From contig NIVC01002443.1 in the NCBI GenBank assembly GCA_002269645.1, forward strand, positions 62,001 to 126,000: a DNA stretch of 64,000 nt, given 5' to 3'. The notes below the pieces were generated by a model. That model had not been told where the DNA came from. It worked only from the letters and a program-made list of their open reading frames with translations, and made no database searches. This document shows, one piece after another, positions 1 through 33,233 of this stretch. This DNA comes from Macrostomum lignano. Taxonomy: Eukaryota. Position numbers and translations under genes: made by a program. Positions within the stretch are counted from its first letter, which is position 1. The number at the start of each line of letters is the position of its first letter.

Positions 1-241
1 TCTTGTTTAGTCTGCAGCATGACTGACCTTGAGTAGCGTGTCACCTGATCTTTCTTAGTCTGCAGCATGACTGACCTTGAGTAGCGTGTCACCTGATCTT
101 TCTTAGTCTGCAGCATGACTGACCTTGAGTAGCGTGTCACCTGATCTTTCTTAGTCTGCAGCATGACTGACCTTGAGTAGCGTGTCACCTGATCTTTCTT
201 AGTCTGCAGCATGACTGACCTTGAGCAGCGTGTCACCTGAT
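1..241. repeat. 48-bp tandem repeat, about 5 copies, cut by the window edge
   Basis: Unit ttcttagtctgcagcatgactgaccttgagtagcgtgtcacctgatct recurs at 48-bp spacing (agtctgcagc at 9, 57, 105...). Confidence 0.95.
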
Positions 242-255
242 CTTGTTCATCAAGG

Positions 256-1331
256 TCAGGGGGAGTTAATAACAAATTTATCATTGAATAGGTGCGTGGC
301 ACCTTTCATTGCCCCAGCTCGGATAACGGGTGCAGCGGAGGCATGTTGAGGACGGTGTTCAGGGGTAGAGGGGTACGCCAGGGTGATGGCTCGGCAGATG
401 CTGCCCTGCAGCCTGTACAGCCAGTCTCGCACCGTCTTCAGCTTCAGCGCACTGTACCAGATGAAGCACGCGCATAGTTGATGCTGGGTCGGATGATGCC
501 TGTGTAGAGCCATCTGGCCGTCATAGAAAGAGCCCCCAGGTAGGTCCGGTATCTCTGCTTTACTCGTTCAAAACATCGCTTAGTGCTCCAGATGACATTG
601 CCAGCATGCACAGTCCAACGCAGATCATGCGTGAGCGTTATCTTCCTATGGTGAAGATAATGGCCACCGTCCTGACGGTGCTGATACATGTAGTTCGGCC
701 ATTCCGGGTGGCCCAGTTTTGCACCTTGTCAGCGAAGTGCTGCTGCATCAGATTCCGTAGCATCATGCTGACGTCATCGGCGAAGCCGGCTTTGACGATG
801 CTGCTCGGGACGGCAGCCATCAGTCGTTCGCTCATCACGTGGTTTCAGAGAAGTGTGTTGAGTACCCCGTCTTGGCCTCGGTCTTTTATCACTCTGTTAG
901 TGCAGATTGCATCCATGAGGGTGGAGGTCACCATTCTGTTCCCCGATCATTAATTCGATCCATCGCACAATGCTGGATCTGACCTTTTTCTGTAAAAATG
1001 GGTCTCTGAAGGAGCCAAATTGTAAGTTATCAAAGGCCTCTTGATGTCAAAGAAAAGTCAACAAGCGATCTCTTTATTGAGGATTGCTTTCTCAAAGTCT
1101 GATGTTATACGTAAAATGATCCGTTATTTACCTGGCTGAAAAGCGAACTGGTGCTTACTTATGGGTGCCGCCCACAGGTTGCAGTCGCACAGCCTCCTCA
1201 GGATGAGCCTCTCCATCAGGTTAACGCAGAAGGAGTTTAGGCTAATGGGATGGAAGGATTCCACGTTAGTATCGTCGCTTTAACGGGCTTGGGGATGACG
1301 ACCACCCAGGCAGTCCTACAAATAATGGGGA
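256..1331 (-). pseudogene. Degenerate non-LTR retrotransposon (LINE) reverse transcriptase fragment, same family type as 19183-22252
   Basis: Minus-strand translation, with stops and frameshifts, gives VVVIPKP, FHPISLNSFCVNLMERL, KHQFAFQPGK, AGFADDV (RT YADD-type motif) and LTHDLRW...WLYTGIIRPSINYA. These are collinear with the intact ORF at 19722-21569. Confidence 0.85.
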
Positions 1332-2460
1332 TGTGACCAGGTGGTGAAGCGATCAATAATAAGCTATGATATGATGTTATGATGAGCTATGATGTTATGT
1401 CTTGAATTTAAAATAAGCTTCACAAGTCGTCAAGTGGTGTTCCAAAATAATTGCGTACTTCTTACGCTCCAGACCACTTAAGGTTTCTTATATTTTAGCT
1501 TGCCACACAGCGGGCTTTAAAACTGGTACTGTCTCTTGGCTTCATGCGAGCCCATAGATAAAAGCAAAACGGTCAAACTGACAACATAAATACAGGTACA
1601 CAGTCAAGTCACATTATCCCTCTTTTCTTCAAGATACTTGGTACCTCTCTGGTGGTCTCCGGATCCGCACTGGGTATCTGTGCTCCGTGGGTTGATTTGC
1701 AATCGGCTCCTCATCGTCTCCAATAGATCTGTTAGTTGCCTCTGCTCTGTCTCTGACATGGTCCCTGTGCACCACCAGGTCTCGTCCTTGATGGTCCCGC
1801 ACTCGTTTCAGCTGTTCGCCCATCGCTTCTTGAAATACTCCTTCTCCCTCCACTCCTTGTTAAAGGGATCTTGAACCCAAACAGGATTGTGGACTTGATC
1901 GGTTTTCTTGTCCTGAAACGACCGACGATGTAGCAGTGACAACCTCGTATTGAACTCGCGACGACCAAACATTTCTAGACACGGAGCGACACCATTGGCT
2001 CTTGGGCAGACTTGAATGGCGTAAAAAGCCTGTTGCATTCGAACTTCCGGGTCTGGGTCGTTAAGCTGTTTTAACTTGGTCTTCAACCTTTTTACTGCGA
2101 CCTCGGCCACGCCATACGAAGTGGGATGATATCGGGGAGACTTAAGATGTAGCGCTTTCATCCGCTTCAACCAGGCCTCCGTTTCATTAGCAACGAACTG
2201 TCGTCCATTGTTAGTGACGAGTACTTCCGGGATGTTGAAATTGCAAAATGTTTCTTGCAGCACTTTAATCACAGCCGCTGCGTCAATATCTCGAACCCAT
2301 TCGGCAGCAATAAATCCCGTCTTGGCGTCCGAAACCACCAGAAAGTAGTCTCGGTCTAATTGACCAAGATCTGCATGTACTCGGCACCAGGCTTCCTTTG
2401 GCACTGGCCATGGTCTGAGCACAGCTTTCTGTGAAGGTCTCAGGCGTTGACATGTGCGAA
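1332..2460 (-). mobile_element. Ty3/Gypsy LTR retrotransposon 3' remnant: integrase fragment, PPT and probable 3' LTR (1332-1613)
   Basis: ORF 1808-2422 encodes an rve integrase core (PWPVPKEAWCRVHAD...VTNNGRQF...PRYHPTSYGVAE). A frameshifted tail RYPVRIRRPPERY resembles the pol end at 61902. A purine tract (agaaaagaggga) precedes a 282-bp segment bounded by TGTGAC...GTCACA. Confidence 0.8.
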
Positions 2461-3594
2461 CTGAAATCTAACAGCCGTTCTGAGTCGTGGTAATTTTGAG
2501 TCCTAAATTACAGCAACGAAATGGTTTGTACTTTAGGTATGAGACGAGAGGACGTCTCATACACAAGAGTGAATCTTAAGATTCAAGAATAAACTATTAT
2601 AAAAAACAATGTAATCTGCTTTCTTCATTGTAAGTTTGCTCAACTGTAAAAGCAACCAAACCTCTGACTAATGAAAGACCGGCTTGCAAAGGTATACATT
2701 CCATATTGCCGAAATACTCTTAAAGGAGAGACAAATTATGCTCATGTGCGATTTACCAAAAAAAGATGTAAATGTAAGAGCTTAGTCTTGATGCTATTAG
2801 AAGTATACATCAATCACAGGTATAGCGTTGACTGATGGGATAAATGTAGACACGTTCATAACTACGAAAGTCACCCAAGCTCATCAACGGCTTTAGCAAA
2901 AAGAAGCAATCTTATGAAGCAACAGTAACTTGGAATGCCTGAATTTCGCTTTCAAACAATGGCTTCGTTTTCTTCAATGTTTTTAAAAGTTTCCGCTGCG
3001 TCCGCCTTGGCTTCCGGTAAAGTGTTCCACTGACTTCTTCTTCAGTCAACTGTTGCAATGTACTCTTCCTTAAGCGACCGTACTACTGACTTTGGGGGAA
3101 CCAGTTAACAAAGATATGGTGGCTTTGCAGACTCCGGAAGCTCGCCAGTAGGTTTGCAAGTTTGCTTCTCATTATAGCTCACTACCACTAATGCAGTTGA
3201 TCTCAGAATTTTTTTCGTCTCTATAGCATTTTTTAAACAATAGCTCATGCATCGATTCTTTTTCTTAAACTTTTCCTGGGCTTAGCTAATGCAGCTCTGA
3301 GCTTTACCAAAGCTGAGAAATATTTCTTACGATTAACTGTTTCGTGGGTTGGTTAAGCCTCTCGAGCAAGCACTAAGCAATTTACTCGTATTTGTAGAAG
3401 AGACACTACACAAGTAAAAATATGTAAAAGCTAGAAGATTTACAGAATCTATAAATACACGCATTACATGAAGCGATATGAATAGATTAAACTTAAAAAA
3501 AAATTAAGACTGCTTGGATTTGAGTGTCGTATATTTTTAGAGTGTCTTAGGGTAAAATTACCTTCCTGTAGGGAACATGATTACCTACCTTTGT

Positions 3595-4862
3595 CGTTTT
3601 TTCTATACTGATGTGTTGTTGTCTCTATATGCCGCGATGCTGTTTTTTCTATACTGATGTGTTGTTGTCTCTATATGCCGCGATGCTGTTTTTTCTATAC
3701 TGATGTGTTGTTGTCTCTAGATGCCGCGATGCTGTTTTTCTATACTGATGTGTTGTTGTCTCTATATGCCGCGATGCTGTTTTTTCTATACTGATGTGTT
3801 GTTGTCTCTAGATGCCGCGATGCTGTTTTTTCTATACTGATGTGTTGTTGTCTCCATATGCCAAGATGCTGTTGTTTCTATACTGATGTGTTGTTGTCTC
3901 TATATGCCGCGATGCTGTTTTTTCTATACTGATGTGTTGTTGTCTCTATATGCCGCGATGCTGTTTTTTCTATACTGATGTGTTGTTGTCTCTATATGCC
4001 GCGATGCTGTTTTTTCTATACTGATGTGTTGTTGTCTCTAGATGCCGCGATGCTGTTTTTCTATACTGATGTGTTGTTGTCTCTATATGCCGCGATGCTG
4101 TTTTTTCTATACTGATGTGTTGTTGTCTCTAGATGCCGCGATGCTGTTTTTTCTATACTGATGTGTTGTTGTCTCCATATGCCAAGATGCTGTTGTTTCT
4201 ATACTGATGTGTTGTTGTCTCCATATGCCACGATGCTGTTTTTTCTATACTGATGTGTTGTTGTCTCTATATGCCGCGATGCTGTTGTTTCTATACTGAT
4301 GTGTTGTTGTCTCTATACTGATGTGTTGTTGTCTCTATATGCCACGATGCTGTTGTTTCTATACTGATGTGTTGTTGTCTCTATATGCCGCGATGCTGTT
4401 TTTTCTATACTGATGTGTTGTTGTCTCTATATGCCACGATGCTGTTTTTCTATACTGATGTGTTGTTGTCTCCATATGCCACGATGCTGTTGTTTCTATA
4501 CTGATGTGTTGTTGTCTCTATATGCCGCGATGCTGTTGTTTCTATACTGATGTGTTGTTGTCTCCATATGCCAAGATGCTGTTTTTTCTATACTGATGTG
4601 TTGTTGTCTCTATATGCCGCGATGCTGTTTTTTCTATACTGATGTGTTGTTGTCTCTATATGCCGCGATGCTGTTTTTTCTATACTGATGTGTTGTTGTC
4701 TCTATATGCCACGATGCTGTTTTTCTATACTGATGTGTTGTTGTCTCTATATGCCACGATGCTGTTTTTTCTATACTGATGTGTTGTTGTCTCCATATGC
4801 CAAGATGCTGTTTTTCTATACTGATGTGTTGTTGTCTCTATATGCCGCGATGCTGTTTTTTC
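3595..4862. repeat. 45-46-bp minisatellite, about 27 copies
   Basis: Unit ctatactgatgtgttgttgtctctatatgccgcgatgctgttttt(t); followed by an AT-rich (TAT/TAC)n tract to about 4968. Confidence 0.95.
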
Positions 4863-5723
4863 TATTATTATTATTACTAATACAAATTTTACTATTATTA
4901 CTACTATCATTATTACTTTTCTACTTATTTTTAATATTGTTACTGTTTTATTATTATTATTACTATTAAACAGACGCTGGCATAGGATGTCAGCGAAGCA
5001 CCCGCTGTTGGAAAAGAGTAAGGGGTAAAGGGTAGAGTGAAAAGAGTGAGGGGTAGACTGAGGGGTAAGGCTGTATCTGTTTTCTATGCTTGTCACCGAC
5101 GCTGTTCCCTATACTGCTATGTAGTTGTTTTCTACGCTGGCTTTATAGTGGTTTACTACTCGTCCTGATACGAGTATATCTACGATTTTAAAGTCAAATG
5201 GAAGTCATGTGATTCCAAGATTAGCTCTTCGATCTGTATTGTTCATCCGTCTATGCTTAATTTCTAGTAACGGAACAAACTTTGCGGAAGCTCTACTGCC
5301 CTTTGCGGGGGGGGGTAAGTACTCGTAGGTGCTGCGGTAGGGAGTCCGCTGGCCATAGACGCAGAAACTTTTGCAATCTTGAGTAGGGGAGTAGGGGTGA
5401 ACTTGCGGCAGCAGAGCTGCTACTGGGAATCGAATTGTTAAACAAGAAAAAACTTTTATTTAGAAAGTCTGAGTCAGAGAAACATCCCTCCGTGGGTAGA
5501 CGTACAAAGCCAGTGTAACTGTACTGCAGACCAGGGGTGGGGGCAGAGGGACTGAATCTGTTACTACCCGCGCCTTGACAACGGCACAGCAAACAAATCA
5601 ACTGAATGGCCTTTCAGAAAAAATGTAAAAACGGTAAATATTTTGGAGCGGGAAAAAGCTCCTTATTCCCATTCCGACACACAATTTCAGTACTGAGAGA
5701 CGGCAAACACACAACTTTGGGAG

Positions 5724-8700
5724 ATGTGTCAGCCACAGGTATTGCAACTATTTGCCATCGGTTTGTGCTGCGTCATGGTCTCCGAAGGTGTGTGATCAAG
5801 TTGATTTTTTGCTCCTAAATAGTTTATTAGCAAAATATATCCTGGTTTTTCGTGGCAAAGAAGTACTTTGAACGGACGAGAACTACTCTGGCGAGCTTTT
5901 CGATACGGCTTGCTTTTTAATTTGTAGCAAGGCGAAATCTGAGAAGGGGATGACTTTACCCATCCCCCTCCATAACTATTGCCATACAGGCGCTTGCAAC
6001 CGAACTCGCTATGTGCAGCACAACGGCGTCCTTGTTGTCAACTCGACCGTCAGTAGCCAAGTCCTGAATGTCACCGGAGTGACTTCAGTTGAAGCATGCG
6101 CCATGCTGTGCGGAATGAAATCCTGCTCTGCCGCCGTGTTCTGGAAGAGCAGCGATCTGTGCCAGCTGGTGACGGTGTCTCGGGAGCCGGGATTTGCTGG
6201 AAACAACGAATGGAGACTACTGGGCTCGGAGACTGCCGATGTGGTGGTGATGAAGCTGGAAAACTTCGAAGAACTGATGAAGCCTCTTGAAGTGTTTACA
6301 AGTGAGAGTTCAGCCGCATGAATAATTGCATAGAGTATCGCACACTTGGTGCACTTCTTCCCTCTTCTTTAAGTCGACTCGAGCTGGCCAAAAGTCACTA
6401 CGATAGTTTTGGTTTTTCCAAATTTTCCTACGCTATCCCATATTCGTGAGTTTACTCGTACTATCGGCTGTTTTGGGGTTGGCCTGCGCTAGCAGGGGGG
6501 GGGGGTTGGGCACGCTTTTATTTACAAGTGTCTTTATCGATTGAAATGTCGATTGAAATGAGACAAATATCAATATATAGACTAACTTTGGCCACTGAGC
6601 CCTCGTGTGGTTATTATTTTCTCGCAATTCTGGTCCTACATTGCTGACAGCGAAGCCTCATTCAAGTCAGCAGATCAGAATGGAAGAGCGAGATGAGAAG
6701 AGCAACAACCCGTGCACTTTTGGCGGAGCATCTTTGAAGACTTCGCTGAAGACAAGAATTGGGACGATGCAAAGCGTGCCTCCAAGGTGAAGCTCCTGCT
6801 GAGAGGGGAGGCCCAGGTCTGTGATTGGGACATGCCAGATGCCGTGAAAAAGAGTTATGAGAAAGTCAAGGCGATGCACTTCTTCTCCAGCAATACGGCG
6901 GCTCTGCCAGTCAGCACCGTGCCATGCAGGAGTTCCAAGGTCGACAACGCAAGAATGGCGAATCAATCAGGGACCTCTCGTTCGCTATCAGGCTGCTGTA
7001 CATGAGAGCCCGCCCGCATGACCCATCAACGCTCCGCGATCGGGAGCTCAAGTTCAGAATTATCCAGCTATTAAGCGCAGGGATACGCGAAGCCCTGCTC
7101 AAGGAGAGCAACTCGGATACATGCACACTGGGAACGCTGGTCGAGAGAGCCACCAGACTGGAGCAGGTGATGAGTAAGAACGCGACCGCAAGTTCGCCTA
7201 TGATCTTCGCGGTTGACGACCGGCTGGTCCGACTCGAGCAGCAACTGGAGACACTGACAGCCGCCGTGACAAGAGGTACCCCTCAAAGAGGCCTCAACCA
7301 GCGCACATTCGGTACGACAGCCGAGGCTTCCCGATTTTTATCGCCCTGAGTGAACAGTGAACCTTTTTTGAACTTTTCGCAATAGAGCTTTATTCCTCGT
7401 TCTTGGCGGGGGGGAAGTAGTGTGAGTTTTGTGTGGCATGTTTTGGGGTTGGCCTGCGCGGGGGGGTTGGGCCCGCTTTTATTTATCTGTGTCAATATCG
7501 ATTGTAGTGTACGCGCGTACTTTGTGCGTGACAAATATGAAAAAAAATATATCGACTAACTTTGGCCTATGAGCCCTCGTCTGGTTATTATTTTCTCGCA
7601 ATTCTGATCTTACATTCGTTTTATACTCAATCCATATGTGCATATTTGAGTCAGCGATAACTAATTCAAACATGCATGGATTTCAGACAATGGAACGGGT
7701 CGAATCGGCTCTGTCCAGCTGGTGACCATCGACATTGCCGGCTGCTACCGGATCGAACTCGCTGGTGCCAAGGGCGGCGACAACACGTATGTCAGTCCTG
7801 ACCAACTCGGCGGCAGGGGAGCTCTGGCTGCTGGCAACTTCAGTTTGTCAGTCGGAGTTCAGCTGTCGATTGTTGTCGGCCAGGCCGGAGGTCCGTCGCA
7901 GAGCAGCAGTTACTCTAGCGGCGGCGGCGGCGGAGGCAGCTTTGTGTACCGGACATCGGATAATGAGCTGCTGATGGCCGCTGGCGGTGGTGGCGGCGCG
8001 TCGTATGGGTATTCCGGTAAGCATGCGATTTTTATTGTATCGTAACTGAGAAGTTTAATAGTTGCTTTTGCCATATCGTCGTATGAATATGTAGTTATTC
8101 AATAATGCACGTCTAAGTAGTTTCAAGCAACTGAAGTCAACACAAACAGTTTGAACTTGAAGGGGATGATAGACGTATGAAACATTCGCCGACACTTATT
8201 CAGACACTTCTACAGACACTTTAGTTTCTGTCGTACGAATCGTAGGAACAAGCATTAAATTTGTTTATTCCTAACAAACTACCAGTAAACTGCTTTATTT
8301 TAAGCTTCTTTGCTTTATTTTATTAAATATGAATTAGGAAGTGTCCTGGACAAATTTAACTTTCTTCTTCACGTGAAGAGAATCTATGCAGAATAACAAA
8401 TTTCATGATTCATATTTAATAAAATAAAGCAAAAAAAGCTTAGAATAAAGCAGTTTACTGGTAGTTTGTTAGGAATAAACAAATTTAATGCTTGTTCCTA
8501 CGATTCGTACGACAGAAACTAAAGTGTCTGTAGAAGTGTCTGAATAAGTGTCGGCGAATGTTTAATACGTAGATGATAGTCGTATATCTTTTAGCTCGTC
8601 TTTAAATTTGAAAATTGCAAGTATTGAATGCACCAATGGGTTTTTAGAACTTAGGTGCGAAACTATGGCAAGAGCGACTTAAGTATCTTCCATCAAGTAT

Positions 8701-9936
8701 CTTCAATAGTCCTTGAACCAGGAACAAAACTACACAAATTTAGCTTTTTGCAGTAAGTTTAGGAATTTTAGCCTTCAAATAAAGAGTACATCAGAAGGAA
8801 GTCTATCGACACTTTTCTATCGTAAAATCGAACAAATGTTCGTGATCTATGGGCCAGAGTTGATTGAAGGTGTCTGCCAGCATAATGGCTCACTGATTTA
8901 TGACCTGCTGGAGACTTTTTTCTGCTTTGAAAAACTCCCAGACATTCTTCATTTGACGCCTATCGCATGCTAAAATTCTTCTTTTGAAAGCAAAAATTGG
9001 CATGTATACTAACTGCGAGCTTGAGTGAGCAGTAGGCACTTCTAAAAAATCGTAAAGCTAAAAGTTATTTTGTTGCAAAACTGAAAGGCACTCAGCAACA
9101 TGGTAAAGTTTCTAGCAAGAAACCAGAATTCTCAGATGTCAGTTTCTTGGTGAGGTGCCAGTGGAGAGTTATTGGCTAGAGTTGGATTACAGCTGCCACT
9201 TGTTAACCTCTGGTTTCGTGAAAACTTTAACATGTTGCTGAATGTATCTGCTTAGCTATAGGAGATTTCAAAGCCTTACTTTCCACTCCAGTAGATTGGG
9301 TAAATGAGCAATCGCTGCAATGAATGAACTGACTGCATGCTGTAAATGAATTTCAGGTCAACCCGGTGAGGCGGGCACGAGAGGCTCAAACTCGGTCGGG
9401 ACTAATTCTGTAAGTCTTGACCGTTCGACAGATAGTCGATCGGAATTAATTGTTTGCTGCAACTTAATACAGTCGACGTCTCCACAATGGCCGGCTTGCA
9501 GCCAGAGCGAACTGGCACCGGTGGCGCAAACGGACAGCCGGGCAGCAACGACCAAAGCACTGCGGCTACCGATAGAAGCCCTGGAGGCTGCGGAGCCGGC
9601 TGGCTTGGCAAGCCTACCGCCGCCCGCACAAGCACCCAATACGGAGACAGAGGCGGCAGCCGCGCCGACGGCTGGGTCGGCGGCAGAGCCGGAGACACGA
9701 GTCCCGCCGACGGCGGCTTCGGCGGTGGCGGAGGCGGAGGCGCGGCCGCCATAAAAGGCGCGGCAGGAGCCGGCGGAGGCTACAGCGGCGGCGGAGCCGG
9801 GACTCGCAGCGACCACGCCGGAGGAGGCGGCGGCTCCTTCTGCGGCGGCAACGGCTGCGTGGCCACAACGGGTGGCAACACGGGCAGCGAGCACGGCTTC
9901 GTGATGCTGCAAATGATCGGCAGCGGCTGCGCTTAG
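5724..9936 (+). CDS. Secreted protein: signal peptide + PAN/Apple domain + ALK/LTK-like glycine-rich (GlyR/TG) domain, about 397 aa, no TM or kinase
   Basis: Proposed join 5724..5787, 5990..6301, 7687..8016, 9357..9409, 9502..9936; all introns are GT-AG, phases are consistent, total 1194 nt. N-terminus MCQPQVLQLFAIGLCCVMVSEG is hydrophobic. PAN-type Cys pattern SVEACAMLCGMKSCSAAVFWKSSDLCQL. GlyR motifs FTNNGTGRIGSVQ..YRIELAGAKGG..GGRGA..IVVGQAGG..GGGGGGSFV..MAAGGGGG..DGGFGGGGGG..GGGYSGG..GGGGSF..N..HGFV. The exon 4/5 boundary is the least certain. Confidence 0.8.
6447..7614 (+). mobile_element. Small gag-only LTR retroelement (about 1.17 kb) in intron 2 of the PAN-GlyR gene
   Basis: Diverged direct repeats 6447-6640 and 7423-7614 (TG...CA), with a 4-bp TSD TTCG on both sides. 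PBS-like ttgctgacagcg at 6641 and PPT ggcgggggggaag at 7405-7417. Frameshifted gag-like frames at 6712-6890 and 6924-7349 (W..IFEDFAE..WDD..R...LLLRGEA; QEFQGRQRKNGESIRD..RDREL). Confidence 0.8.
8173..8570. mobile_element. Foldback/MITE-like element with about 160-bp terminal inverted repeats
   Basis: 8173-8334 and 8408-8570 are near-perfect reverse complements (about 4 mismatches) around a 73-bp spacer. Flanks (g)gatgatag and (a)gatgatag form an 8-9-bp TSD, which fits Mutator-like or hAT elements. Confidence 0.85.
9089..9244. repeat. Older imperfect inverted repeat (about 40-bp arms), possible decayed MITE
   Basis: cactcagcaacatggtaaagttt...gaaaccaga pairs with tctggtttc...aaactttaacatgttgctgaatg. 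Confidence 0.55.
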
Positions 9937-10431
9937 CCGCCGATTTTTAAGAATAGAACTACACAATTAGCGGAAACTGGTTCTATGAGTAGTATATGTT
10001 GCATAACATCAAAATAATAAACAAGTTCACGGCCCCCTAAATTACATAATATTGCATGCCGAAGTCATGTCAAATGCATATCGAAATGGGTCGAAAACAA
10101 GAATTCGTAAATTCTGAGACTTATTTCATCATCATATCTAGATTGACTTCGGCCGCGCATGTGTAAGGAAATATATAAGCGTACACTTTTCCTAAGCAAA
10201 CATGGCAGACACTTTGATTATACCCTTTATTAACCTATTTTTTACCAAATTTTATCCTTCCTCTCTCATCCCAAAAAAATATAATAATCGATTAAACCTG
10301 CCCTAATAACCGACAGCTCAGCCGTAGCTATTACGTGGCGCATCTAAAGGCTGCGTACGGCTGTTCAGTACAAGGACTGGGGGGTCGCCACACACCCTCA
10401 ATTTACCCCCAGCTGATGCTGCTGGTGTTAT

Positions 10432-10560
10432 ATTTTACAGCTGGGTGAACTGAAGCAATGCAGAATTAAGTGTCTTTTCTCAAGGACACAAATTGTGTCA
10501 GTGGAATCGGGAATCGAACCCCTTTAACCTTCAAGTCGTGAGTCCGGACGCTAAAACAGC
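10432..10560 (-). mobile_element. tRNA-derived CORE-SINE copy
   Basis: The reverse complement contains box B (ggttcgattcc) and gtgtccttgagaaaagacacttaattctgcattgcttcagttcacccagctgtaaaat. This matches the copy at 54748 and resembles the MIR CORE domain. Confidence 0.75.
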
Positions 10561-11446
10561 GACAGCAGCTCCAGAAAATCTCAAGGACGACCAAAAGCGA
10601 TGCGATTTAATTTTCGCAGTGTCGGAGAGTTAGTGCTTACATGCAAGAAGTATTTTTAAACCCTTGGAAAGTCAGCTAAGGGAGCACACATTTAATTAGT
10701 TACATTTTCTTTGCTTCTATGGGTAAAATCGTGAGTTCAGAGAATTCGCGTGTACATGTACATGATTTGCAGAGAGTACCAGTTCAAAAAGCAGTACGTG
10801 AAAAATTTGATATGTTGCATGTTTACATACTGTAGGCTTTGCAGATCGGCTGAACGAGCTGAAACTTGAAGGCTACAGTTCTATTTCCGCACCATTTCTC
10901 TGAACGTACGTTTAGGGAGGGGTACATAGCTTCCATTATATACTGTACATATACTCTATATATATCATGTAGTTTGCATGGTGACATTTGATTTTCTAGG
11001 GGGTATGGTCAACATAGTAAAGTAGGGGCTACTTTCACACTGGCTCCCCGTTCTTACGCATATGCCTGCACAATGGGTGATATTTTGTCCTAAGTAGACG
11101 GATGATAAGGTTTCATTTTTAAGTCGAACTTGAATTACTTTATAGTTTAAAATTTCTACTACGATCAGAAAAAAATTTACGTTAAAAAATAACTAAGTCT
11201 TTTATTTACGCAAGTTTTTTAATAATAAGAGACAGTACGTTCAATTTAAAGCTACCTTTTGTTATAATATACTATCTTTCAATGAAAAATTCTTATTGAC
11301 ACTTGATACAACGCCAAAAATTTAAATTATACATATTTTTACATTTTTGTCACCGCGAGCATTACAAGAGTTACAACCTACAAATAGCGATTCGCATATC
11401 ACGACAAATTATATTTTAAATCATCGTCTTATGCGTCCTGTATGAC

Positions 11447-33233
<21,787 letters not shown>

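Noticed and set aside
2460-3560. Possible decayed coding sequence on the minus strand, and a 10-bp-stem hairpin at 2537-2562
   Set aside because: No recognisable motif, many stops, and no Helitron-type termini that I could confirm.
9357-9472. Alternative model with a 9-nt microexon (9357-9365) spliced to 9473
   Set aside because: It is phase-compatible, but the 9357-9409 / 9502 model uses a stronger gtaagt donor and retains the expected GQPGEAGTRG motif; it needs RNA data.
10900-11446. RFX X-box expected upstream of a ciliary gene
   Set aside because: No convincing GTTNCC-N-GGNAAC match found by eye.
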